A stretch of 64,000 nucleotides of DNA, taken from Parvibaculaceae bacterium. GTDB taxonomy: Bacteria > Pseudomonadota > Alphaproteobacteria > RS24 > CBDDDD01. Made by a program: the position numbers and the translations under genes. The stretch covers positions 571,258 to 635,257 of the forward strand of contig OZ245362.1 of NCBI GenBank assembly GCA_965226465.1, written 5' to 3'. Position 1 is the stretch's first letter. Each line of letters opens with the position of its first letter. Of this stretch, positions 48,348 through 56,871 are shown piece by piece. The notes under the pieces were generated by a model. It saw nothing but the letters and a program-made list of their open reading frames with translations, was not told where the DNA came from and ran no database searches.

Positions 48348-49032
48348 AATTTTAAAAAAAACAAAAAAACCTTCAGAAATAAATCCACTACCTAAAAAAA
48401 ATACTCTTATTCCTTACCAAAGAACCTTTAGCCAAACAGCATATGAACTCCTTTCTTTTGGGTTTATGCCTAAAAGCATGGATGATAGATGGCTTATTTA
48501 TATGGATAATAAGACTATTTTCTTTCATCGTAGTTGGACTGGTCATTGTATATACAAAGTCATTTTAGAAAAAAAAGGTGAAGAGTTCATTGTCAAAGAG
48601 GCACGCGCTAATAGAAACCCTAAAGAATTTACAGGAAAAGATGAGCAAAGGGATATAAAAACAATAAATGCACTAATATCGTGGCATACCCCTCTCATTC
48701 TAAACAATATACGTATTGTAGGTCTAAGTTATCCTTCTACTTCAGGAAAAAGGAGAGGAGAACTTAGACACAAGATTCTTCATGAAATAAAAGATAATGA
48801 GAGAGTGGCTTTAATGCGTGAACCAAATAACAAGTTTGACAAAAATGCTATTCGTATAGATTGGAAAGGGTGTGATATTGGTTATATCGCTAAATATCAA
48901 GCGAAAGAAATAGCGCCTCTTTTAGATTTAACGGTAAGTACAAACGCATTTTTTAATTTTTCCAATATTTCCATTAAAATATGTTTTTTTTCTCGTTGCT
49001 TAGATAACTTTAAAAATTCAGCTTCTTCTTAA
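48340..49032 (+). CDS. HIRAN-domain protein with an uncharacterised N-terminal domain
   Basis: The C-terminal half reads IRIVGLSY...[43 protein letters not shown], which fits the HIRAN pattern. The N-terminal half contains [28 protein letters not shown]. The start overlaps the upstream stop by 8 nt, and the 3' end overlaps gatB by 23 nt. Confidence 0.6.
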   Translation: MDKILKKTKKPSEINPLPKKNTLIPYQRTFSQTAYELLSFGFMPKSMDDRWLIYMDNKTIFFHRSWTGHCIYKVILEKKGEEFIVKEARANRNPKEFTGKDEQRDIKTINALISWHTPLILNNIRIVGLSYPSTSGKRRGELRHKILHEIKDNERVALMREPNNKFDKNAIRIDWKGCDIGYIAKYQAKEIAPLLDLTVSTNAFFNFSNISIKICFFSRCLDNFKNSASS

Positions 49033-50470
49033 TCAACTCACTAACCGCTTGCGGATTTGCCTTACCCTTTGTCGCCTGCATGACCTGTCCGACAAACCAG
49101 CCTGCCAATTGTGGCTTTTCCTTTGCCTGCTTAACCTTTTCAGGATTGGCAGCAAGCACCTCATCCACCGCCTTTTCAATCACGCCCATATCGGTAACCT
49201 GTTTCAAACCACGCTCTTCAACAATTTTATCTGCTGGCTGACCAGTTTCAAGCATGACCTCAAATACATCCTTCGCAATACGCCCTGAGATTGTATTATC
49301 CTCAATCAAAGCGATAAGACCCGCCAGCGCCTCTGCACTTATCGGCGATCGGCTTATTGCTACGCCCTGCTTATTCAACACCCCAAATAATGACCCGATT
49401 ACCCAATTTGCCGACAGCTTGGCATCACGCCCCTTAGCAACCGCTTCAAAGAAATCCGCCCGCTCATGCTCTGAAACCAAAACACCGGCATCATATTCGC
49501 TAAGACCATATTGCTCTTGCAACCTTGCCGCTTTGGCATCAGGAAGCTCAGGCAAGCTCGCCCTAATCTCATCAACCAAGCTTTGCTCAAAAGTAAGCGG
49601 AAGCAAATCAGGGTCAGGAAAATACCGATAATCATGAGCTTCCTCCTTAGACCGCATAGCGCGCGTTTCTCCCTTTTGCGGGTCAAATAAACGCGTCTCC
49701 TGTCTAATTTTTCCCCCTCCCTCAATGACCTCAATCTGGCGGCGTGCCTCATATTCAATTGCCTGCCCGATAAAACGAATAGAGTTCACATTTTTAATCT
49801 CGCACCTCGTGCCAAGCTCCTCACCGGGCAAGCGCACCGATATATTAACATCCGCCCGCAAGCTCCCCTTTTCCATATTGCCATCACATGTATCCAAATA
49901 GCGGACAATAGAGCGTATCTTGCGCACATAGGCTTGTGCCTGTGCAATACTTCCTATATCGGGAAAAGAAACAATCTCCATAAGTGCCACGCCCGAGCGG
50001 TTCAAATCTACAAAGCTTTGCGAAGGGTGCTGGTCATGCATGGACTTTCCTGCATCCTGTTCCAAATGCAATCTCTCAATACGAACTGTTTTATGCTCCT
50101 CCCCCTCAGGAAGAATAGTAATTTCTCCCTTCCCGACAATAGGCTGACTAAATTGCGAAATTTGATACCCTTGCGGTAAATCAGCATAGAAATAGTTTTT
50201 TCTATCAAATACGGAAAAACAATTTATCTCCGCATGTAACCCAAGACCGGTTCGGATAGCCTGCTCAACACATTTCCAATTAATAACCGGCAACATTCCG
50301 GGCATGGCTGCATCTACAAGGCTTACCTGCGTATTCGGCTCGCTACCAAACTCCGTGCTTGCCCCTGAAAACAGCTTGGCGTTAGACTTCACCTGTGCGT
50401 GAATTTCTATCCCAATGACAAGCTCCCATTTATCATCTATCAAAAAATTATTACTCACGACAGCCACCAT
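49010..50470 (-). CDS. gatB: Asp/Glu-tRNA(Asn/Gln) amidotransferase subunit B
   Basis: [29 protein letters not shown] and the C-terminal YqeY-like tail are present. The ATG at 50470 overlaps gatA by 16 nt, and a GTG at 50458 is an alternative start. Confidence 0.93.
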   Translation of the reverse strand: MVAVVSNNFLIDDKWELVIGIEIHAQVKSNAKLFSGASTEFGSEPNTQVSLVDAAMPGMLPVINWKCVEQAIRTGLGLHAEINCFSVFDRKNYFYADLPQGYQISQFSQPIVGKGEITILPEGEEHKTVRIERLHLEQDAGKSMHDQHPSQSFVDLNRSGVALMEIVSFPDIGSIAQAQAYVRKIRSIVRYLDTCDGNMEKGSLRADVNISVRLPGEELGTRCEIKNVNSIRFIGQAIEYEARRQIEVIEGGGKIRQETRLFDPQKGETRAMRSKEEAHDYRYFPDPDLLPLTFEQSLVDEIRASLPELPDAKAARLQEQYGLSEYDAGVLVSEHERADFFEAVAKGRDAKLSANWVIGSLFGVLNKQGVAISRSPISAEALAGLIALIEDNTISGRIAKDVFEVMLETGQPADKIVEERGLKQVTDMGVIEKAVDEVLAANPEKVKQAKEKPQLAGWFVGQVMQATKGKANPQAVSELIKKKLNF

Positions 50471-51933
50471 GGGTTAGGGCGATGCTGAAAGCCTGCCGCT
50501 TCCTCTAAGGCATAAGCAGTTTGAAATAAAACTTCCTCTCCAAAGGCAGGTGCCATAAGCTGCAAGCCTAAAGGCAAACCCTGCTTATCCAGCCCCGCAG
50601 GCACCGAAATTGCAGGAATTCCAGACATATTGGCAGGCACGGTGAAGATGTCATTAATATACATGGAAAGCGGATCATCCATTTTCTCCCCCAATGCAAA
50701 AGCCGCATTTGGCGTGGTAGGCGTGAGGAGAACATCCACTTTTTTAAAAACAGAATGGAAATCATTGGCAATAAGACGACGGATTTTTTGCGCCTTCACA
50801 TAATAAGCATCATAATAGCCTGCCGATAACACATAGGTTCCCATAAACACACGACGGCGCACCTCATCGCCAAAGCCTGCTGCCCTAGTATTTTGATACA
50901 TCTCCTCCAAACTCTTCCCCTCAACACGAAGCCCATATCGCACCCCATCATATCGTGCCAGATTAGAAGAAGCCTCCGCAGGTGCTACAATATAATAAGC
51001 AGGCAAAGCATATTTCGTATGAGGAAGGCTTACTTCAATAATTTCTGCGCCCTGCTCCTTAAACCATTCCATGCCCTTTTCCCAAAGTGCATTTATCTCC
51101 TCAGGCACACCCTCCATGCGATATTCTTTTGGAATACCAATTTTCATCCCCTTCACATTTTTGCCAAGCATTGCTTCATAATCAGGAACGGGGCAGTTAA
51201 TACTGGTTGTATCTTTAGGGTCATGCCCCGCCATAGATGTTAGCAATATGGCGCTATCACGCACCGTATTGGTAATGGGACCCGCCTGGTCAAGCGAACT
51301 GGCAAAGGCAATCATGCCCCAACGTGAACAGCGTCCATAGCTTGGCTTCATCCCTATTGTGCCTGTAAGAGCTGCAGGCTGGCGAATAGAACCACCGGTA
51401 TCGCTTGCTGTTGCCCCATATCCGAGCCTTGCCGCTACAAAAGCAGCCGAGCCACCAGATGAGCCACCCGGCACTAATTCTTTATCACTATTCTTTGCTT
51501 TCCATGGGTTCACCACCGCACCATATTTGCTGGTTTCATTGGAAGAGCCCATTGCAAACTCATCCATATTGAGCTTCCCAAGCATTACCGACCCTGCTTG
51601 CCATAAATTATTGGTTACGGAAGATTCATAAGGAGGCACAAAGCCTTCCAGAATGTTAGAACACGCTCCAGAAGCTATACCCTCCGTGCAAAATAAATCC
51701 TTCACCCCTATCGGTATGCCCTCTAACGCTCCGCCATCCCCCTTATTAATTTTTTCCTGCGCACGCTCAGCCATTTTCAAGGCACGCTCTGCACATAGCG
51801 TAATCACTGCATTTAAAGCACCAGCGCGCTCTATTGCCTGGAGGGAAGCATTTGTCAAATCAAGCGCAGAAAACTCTTTTTTCTCCAGCCCCTTTCGTGC
51901 TTCTGCAAGAGTTAGATTTGTAAGATCTGCCAT
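50455..51933 (-). CDS. gatA: Asp/Glu-tRNA(Asn/Gln) amidotransferase subunit A
   Basis: It carries the amidase signature [13 protein letters not shown] ... [11 protein letters not shown]. Confidence 0.95.
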   Translation of the reverse strand: MADLTNLTLAEARKGLEKKEFSALDLTNASLQAIERAGALNAVITLCAERALKMAERAQEKINKGDGGALEGIPIGVKDLFCTEGIASGACSNILEGFVPPYESSVTNNLWQAGSVMLGKLNMDEFAMGSSNETSKYGAVVNPWKAKNSDKELVPGGSSGGSAAFVAARLGYGATASDTGGSIRQPAALTGTIGMKPSYGRCSRWGMIAFASSLDQAGPITNTVRDSAILLTSMAGHDPKDTTSINCPVPDYEAMLGKNVKGMKIGIPKEYRMEGVPEEINALWEKGMEWFKEQGAEIIEVSLPHTKYALPAYYIVAPAEASSNLARYDGVRYGLRVEGKSLEEMYQNTRAAGFGDEVRRRVFMGTYVLSAGYYDAYYVKAQKIRRLIANDFHSVFKKVDVLLTPTTPNAAFALGEKMDDPLSMYINDIFTVPANMSGIPAISVPAGLDKQGLPLGLQLMAPAFGEEVLFQTAYALEEAAGFQHRPNPWWLS

Positions 51934-51938
51934 TTGCT

Positions 51939-52226
51939 TTATTCCACCATTTTAGGAACAGCAAAAAAACCATCATCTTTTTGGGGAGCATTTTCCAAAA
52001 TTTTATTTTGTATATCCCCATCATTCACCACATCCTCACGATGGGGAATGACTGCCTCTACCGCACTTGTAAGAGGGGCTATATTTTCCGTATTGACCTC
52101 GCTTAGCTGCTCAACCCAATCTACGATTTTGGATAGCTCCATTGCCAATTGTGGAACTTCCTTTTCCTCTATCTTGATAGCTGCAAGGGAAGCAATATGG
52201 CGTATTGTTTTTTCATCAATGGACAT
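51939..52226 (-). CDS. gatC: Asp/Glu-tRNA(Asn/Gln) amidotransferase subunit C
   Basis: 95 aa located immediately upstream of gatA. It contains [14 protein letters not shown]. Confidence 0.88.
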   Translation of the reverse strand: MSIDEKTIRHIASLAAIKIEEKEVPQLAMELSKIVDWVEQLSEVNTENIAPLTSAVEAVIPHREDVVNDGDIQNKILENAPQKDDGFFAVPKMVE

Positions 52227-52305
52227 AGAAATCTCCTAAGAGTTGCGCCAAGCTAGCAAACTGCCCCCTCTAGCGCAAGAGGAGCAAACAGACTAAGCTA
52301 AGTTT

Positions 52306-52806
52306 ATGGCACTTATAGAAATAGCAAAACTGGACACAGTCATAGAGAAACAAAAGAAAGTTCTAGGGCTTGACCTTGGCAGTAAAACCATTGGGCTGGC
52401 TTTGGGTGATTATATACATTCTATTGCAACACCGATAGGAACCATAAAAAGGAGCAAGTTTAGCAAAGATGCAGAAGTGCTTTCCAAGATTATCAAAGAA
52501 CATGATATTGGCGCCCTCATTATAGGGCTTCCGGTAAATATGGATGGCACTGAGGGTGCTCGCGCACAATCTACCCGTGCTTTTGTGCGTAATTTTCTGA
52601 ATATTTATGATATCCCATGTGCATTTTGGGACGAAAGGCTCTCTACAAAAGCAGCGGAACGCATTTTATTGGAAGCAGATTGTTCAAGGGTGAAACGTGC
52701 GAAAAATATAGACAAAATGGCGGCTTCCTTTTTGCTGCAGGGCGCATTGGACTATATAAAGAATAATTCTTCCTTGCCAAAAGAGAACCATGAGCATATA
52801 AATTAG
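52306..52806 (+). CDS. ruvX: Putative pre-16S rRNA nuclease / Holliday-junction-resolvase-like YqgF (RuvX)
   Basis: VLGLDLGSKTIGLALGD, LIIGLPVNMDGTEG and FWDERLST are present. Confidence 0.85.
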   Translation: MALIEIAKLDTVIEKQKKVLGLDLGSKTIGLALGDYIHSIATPIGTIKRSKFSKDAEVLSKIIKEHDIGALIIGLPVNMDGTEGARAQSTRAFVRNFLNIYDIPCAFWDERLSTKAAERILLEADCSRVKRAKNIDKMAASFLLQGALDYIKNNSSLPKENHEHIN

Positions 52807-52812
52807 CTTTTA

Positions 52813-53772
52813 ATGACAAAAGAAGTTTTACAAAGCATTGATTTCCCCCATAAACACTTATTGGGGATTGAAGCCCTTTCGCCAAATGACATCACAATCC
52901 TGCTTGATTTAGCGGATAAATATGTAGAGCAAAACCGTCGGGCAGATAAGAAATGTGACTTATTGCGTGGTCGTACGCAGATAAATGTATTTTTTGAACC
53001 CTCCACCCGCACGCAAAGCTCTTTTGAGCTTGCTGGCAAAAGGCTTGGGGCAGATGTTATGAATATGCATCTCTCCTCAAGTGCTATTCATAAGGGTGAA
53101 ACCCTGATTGACACGGCAGCAACATTAAATGCGCTTAACCCTGATTTGCTGGTGGTACGCCATGGGGCATCAGGAGCGCTGGATTTGCTTTCCAAGAAGG
53201 TTTCCTGTGCCACGCTTAATGCAGGAGATGGCATGCATGAACACCCGACACAAGCACTTTTGGATGCCCTTACCATTCGCCGCCGCATAGGGCGCATTGA
53301 GGGCTTGCGCATTGCTATTTGCGGTGATGTTCTCCACAGCCGGGTAGCACGCTCCAATATATTGCTCTTGCAGATGATGGGAGCAAGCCTTCACCTTATT
53401 GGTCCCTCTACCCTTTTGCCTTCTTATACAACCCGTCTTGGCGTAAAAATATTCACTGATATTCGGGAGGGGTTAAAGGGATGCGATGTGGTTATGGCAC
53501 TGCGCATTCAGAAAGAGCGTATGACAGGTAGCTTTCTGCCTTCCATTAGAGAATATTACCATCTTTATGGGCTGGACCATGAGAAGCTTTCCTATGCGAA
53601 AAAAAATGCGCTTGTCATGCACCCTGGTCCTATGAATAGGGGTATTGAGATTAATAGCCTTGTTGCAGATGACCCCAATATCAGCCTTATCCATAAGCAG
53701 GTAGAGATGGGCGTTGCCGTTCGCATGGCAACATTGCATGCACTGGCACAAAGCAGGGGGAATAAAGCATGA
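52813..53772 (+). CDS. pyrB: Aspartate carbamoyltransferase catalytic subunit
   Basis: [32 protein letters not shown] and MHPGPMNRG are present. Confidence 0.9.
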   Translation: MTKEVLQSIDFPHKHLLGIEALSPNDITILLDLADKYVEQNRRADKKCDLLRGRTQINVFFEPSTRTQSSFELAGKRLGADVMNMHLSSSAIHKGETLIDTAATLNALNPDLLVVRHGASGALDLLSKKVSCATLNAGDGMHEHPTQALLDALTIRRRIGRIEGLRIAICGDVLHSRVARSNILLLQMMGASLHLIGPSTLLPSYTTRLGVKIFTDIREGLKGCDVVMALRIQKERMTGSFLPSIREYYHLYGLDHEKLSYAKKNALVMHPGPMNRGIEINSLVADDPNISLIHKQVEMGVAVRMATLHALAQSRGNKA

Positions 53773-55046
53773 CGCTGTTTTTTGAAAATGCCCGCTATGT
53801 AAATCCCCAAAATAGCAAATTGGAGAAAACCCATATTCTTGTAGAAAAAGGCAAGATATCGGCTATGGGAGAAAAAATTAAAAAGCCTGAAGGCGCAAAA
53901 ATTATCTCCTGCAAAGGGAAAATACTATTGCCGGGCCTTGTGGATATGCAAGTATTTGCGGGAGAACCTGGTGGAGAGCACAGGGAAACCCTTGCCTCCG
54001 CCTCTCATGCAGCAGCGGCAGGGGGTGTGACCAATATGGTTACAAGCCCTGCTACCAATCCGACAATTGACAGCGTTCCCCTTGTGGATTTCATTATGCG
54101 ACGTGCAAGGGATACGGCGATTGTTCATGTGCACCCTATGGCATGTATTACAAAAAATATGGAGGGAAAAACTATGACAGAGTTTTCCCTCCTTAAAGAG
54201 GCAGGTGCCACCGCCTTTAGTGACGGAAGCAATACACTTATGGATGCACTGGTTATGCGCAGAGTTATGGAATATGCCGCTATGCTGGACGCATTATTGG
54301 TACAGCATGTATGCGATGCCTCTTTGGCAGCAGCAGGTTGCATGCATGAGGGAGAGCTATCCTTACGGCTTGGTCTGAAGGGTATCCCAGACGCCGCAGA
54401 GCTTATGATGATTGACCGCGATATACGCCTTATAGAGCAAACAGGTGCCCGCTATCATATCGCGCAAATTTCATCAGCAAAAAGCGTAGAGACCCTCCGC
54501 AATGCTAAAGCAAGAGGGCTAAAGATTACGGCTTCCGTCTCTGTCCATCATTTATTATTAAATGAAATGGATGTTCAGGAATATCGTAGTTTTGCCAAAC
54601 TTGACCCTCCGCTACGCAGTGAGGAAGACAGAATTGCACTATTGGAAGGGGTTAAAGATGGCACGATTGATACGATTATTTCTGCCCATATGCCACAAAG
54701 TGAGGAAGCAAAACGCCACCCCTTTGAGCATGCTGCCTATGGCTCCATTGGCGTAGAAACTCTGCTACCTGCCGCCCTTTCCCTTTACCATGAAAAATCT
54801 GTTCCCCTCGCCCGCCTTATTGATGCCCTCTCTACCCGCCCTGCCAATATTTTACATATTGACGGTGGCAGCTTAGAAGCTGGAGCACCGGCAAATATGA
54901 TTCTTATAGATATAGACGCACCCTTTATTGTGGATACAGACAAGCTTCATTCCAAATCCAAAAATGCCGTGCTGGAGGGCAGACACCTTCAGGGTATTGT
55001 AGAAAAGACCTTTCTCAATGGTAAGGAGATTTATAGCCATGCCTGA
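53769..55046 (+). CDS. Dihydroorotase-like protein lacking the metal and catalytic ligands (PyrC-prime type)
   Basis: It belongs to the type-I DHOase family by length and overall similarity. The canonical D-x-H-V-H-x-R-x-PG reads [12 protein letters not shown], and the canonical TDHAPH reads SAHMPQ. The start overlaps the pyrB stop by 4 nt. Confidence 0.8.
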   Translation: MTLFFENARYVNPQNSKLEKTHILVEKGKISAMGEKIKKPEGAKIISCKGKILLPGLVDMQVFAGEPGGEHRETLASASHAAAAGGVTNMVTSPATNPTIDSVPLVDFIMRRARDTAIVHVHPMACITKNMEGKTMTEFSLLKEAGATAFSDGSNTLMDALVMRRVMEYAAMLDALLVQHVCDASLAAAGCMHEGELSLRLGLKGIPDAAELMMIDRDIRLIEQTGARYHIAQISSAKSVETLRNAKARGLKITASVSVHHLLLNEMDVQEYRSFAKLDPPLRSEEDRIALLEGVKDGTIDTIISAHMPQSEEAKRHPFEHAAYGSIGVETLLPAALSLYHEKSVPLARLIDALSTRPANILHIDGGSLEAGAPANMILIDIDAPFIVDTDKLHSKSKNAVLEGRHLQGIVEKTFLNGKEIYSHA

Positions 55047-55656
55047 TCCAATAAATTGGGGGCTTTCTTTTCCTTTTTTTGCTCTTGCCTTTTTTATAGG
55101 CTATGGGCTTGGCTCTATTCCTTTTGGATTTCTTTTTACAAAATATATAAGCGGCAGGGATATTCGCAAAGAAGGCTCCGGTAATATTGGGGCAACAAAT
55201 GTTCTCCGCACAGGAAAAAAACCTTTGGCATTGCTGACCCTCCTCTGTGATGGAGGCAAGGGCTATCTCGTAGTAGTCTGTGGTCTGTATTGGGGAGGCA
55301 ATGATATTGCCTTTTTTGCAGCATTAGGAGCATTTTCAGGACACCTCTTTCCTATATGGCTCCTCTTTCGCGGCGGCAAGGGCATTGCTACCTATATAGG
55401 CATATTGCTCGCGCTCTCTCCCTTTTCTGCGCTTGGTTTTCTTTTACTATGGATAATTATATTTTTTCTATGGCGCCTTGTATCCTTAGCCTCAATCATT
55501 GCCTGTCTTAGCGTTCCTATATTTATGTATATGGTTTCATCTTTTCAATTTGTAGAATTATCTCTTCTGCTGAGCATTTTATGCATTTGGGCGCATCGGG
55601 AAAATATAGTAAGGATTATGCGTGGTGAGGAAAAACCAATTTCTCTCAGGAAATAA
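55039..55656 (+). CDS. plsY: Glycerol-3-phosphate acyltransferase PlsY
   Basis: GSGNIGATNVLRTGKK and FPIWLLFRGGKGIAT are present. The ATG at 55039 is preferred over the track start at 55018. Confidence 0.85.
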   Translation: MPDPINWGLSFPFFALAFFIGYGLGSIPFGFLFTKYISGRDIRKEGSGNIGATNVLRTGKKPLALLTLLCDGGKGYLVVVCGLYWGGNDIAFFAALGAFSGHLFPIWLLFRGGKGIATYIGILLALSPFSALGFLLLWIIIFFLWRLVSLASIIACLSVPIFMYMVSSFQFVELSLLLSILCIWAHRENIVRIMRGEEKPISLRK

Positions 55657-55668
55657 TAAGGGGGGCAT

Positions 55669-56787
55669 ATGCCAGATAATCAATCAAAAAATCTCTCGGA
55701 AGAAGAACGCATAAGCTGTTTACAACTTTACCGCAGCCAAAATGTAGGCCCGATAAGTTACCGCCAGCTTCTTATGCGCTTTGGCAGCCCCAAAGAGGCA
55801 ATAAGAGCCATTCCTCAATTGGTAGGACAGGTAAGCAGAGGAAGGAGGGTAAAAATTTGCTCTTTTTCCGATGCAGAGAAAGAATATAAAGCGATTAAGA
55901 AGCTTGGCGGTATATTGCTTGTTTCAACTGATGATAATTATCCTGAATCCCTTGCTGCCATTAGTGATGCTCCTCCGGTTCTTACTTTATTGGGACATGC
56001 ACATTTACTTCGCCGTCCAATGGTTGCCTTTGTTGGCGCACGCTCTTGCTCAGCAGCAGGGCTAAGAATTACAGAAAAGCTTATTCAAGGATTATATGGC
56101 ACGGAATATGTAATTGTTTCCGGTCTTGCCAGCGGGATTGATACAATGGCGCATAAAACTGCTTTGGAACAAGGCACGATTGCTGTGATTGCTAATGGTA
56201 TAGATAGTATATATCCGAAAGAAAATGCCGAGCTTTTTGCAAGGATGAAAAATCAAGGGCTGATAATTACTGAAAACCCTATCGGCTCAAAACCATTGTC
56301 ACGATATTTCCCCCGCCGCAATCGTATTATTTCTGGTCTTTCCCTTGTTGTTATTATTGTGGAGGCAAGTTTGAGGTCTGGCTCTCTTATCACGGCAAGG
56401 CTTGCTGCCGACCAAGGTCGTCTTGTGATGGCAGTACCAGGCTCTCCCTTAGATGCCAGATGTCATGGCAGCAATAAATTATTGCGTGAGGGTGCCCAGA
56501 TAGTAGAGCGCAGTGCCGATATTATTGACGCCCTAAGCCCTATGTTGCAAACCCCTCTTACGGAGCCTTCCTATGAAGCCTCTATTCATAATCAAGCTCC
56601 AGAAGAGCCCACACAAAACATTAGGGAGAAGATTATCGGACTGCTTGGACCAACACCTATTGAAATTGATGTTCTTGCTGAGCAAAGCGGGGCACATATT
56701 GGCGAGGTGCTTTGGGTTATTCTCACATTAGAGCTTGCAGGGCAGATTTCCCGCTCTCCAGGTGCCCGGGTGAGCCTTATTAATTAA
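55669..56787 (+). CDS. dprA: DNA processing protein DprA (Smf)
   Basis: It has a Rossmann-like core (VAFVGARSCS, SGLASGIDTMAHKTAL, RNRIISGLS) and a C-terminal winged-helix-like tail. Confidence 0.85.
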   Translation: MPDNQSKNLSEEERISCLQLYRSQNVGPISYRQLLMRFGSPKEAIRAIPQLVGQVSRGRRVKICSFSDAEKEYKAIKKLGGILLVSTDDNYPESLAAISDAPPVLTLLGHAHLLRRPMVAFVGARSCSAAGLRITEKLIQGLYGTEYVIVSGLASGIDTMAHKTALEQGTIAVIANGIDSIYPKENAELFARMKNQGLIITENPIGSKPLSRYFPRRNRIISGLSLVVIIVEASLRSGSLITARLAADQGRLVMAVPGSPLDARCHGSNKLLREGAQIVERSADIIDALSPMLQTPLTEPSYEASIHNQAPEEPTQNIREKIIGLLGPTPIEIDVLAEQSGAHIGEVLWVILTLELAGQISRSPGARVSLIN

Positions 56788-56871
56788 GGCTAAAAACACA
56801 GAACACTTGACAGCAAGGGTTTTTATTGCACAAGTTTCGCCTCTATATAGTTATAAAGGAATACAGGAAGC

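Noticed and set aside
43116-49009. I considered that tRNA-Ser(GCU) anchors a classical integrated genomic island covering the esterase/sulfatase/DUF4268/HIRAN genes.
   Set aside because: The accessory genes lie on the 5' side of the tRNA, whereas islands normally insert at the 3' end. No integrase or excisionase is present, and I found no direct repeat of the tRNA end near 49.0 kb. The esterase and sulfatase genes have host-like or higher GC on sampled lines. Only the 46.9-49.0 kb part looks compositionally foreign, and it is reported separately.
52900-53050. PyrB reads STRTQ where most aspartate carbamoyltransferases have STRTR.
   Set aside because: The Ser-Thr-Arg-Thr residues that contact carbamoyl phosphate are retained, and only the fifth position differs. 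Without an alignment I cannot argue for functional significance.
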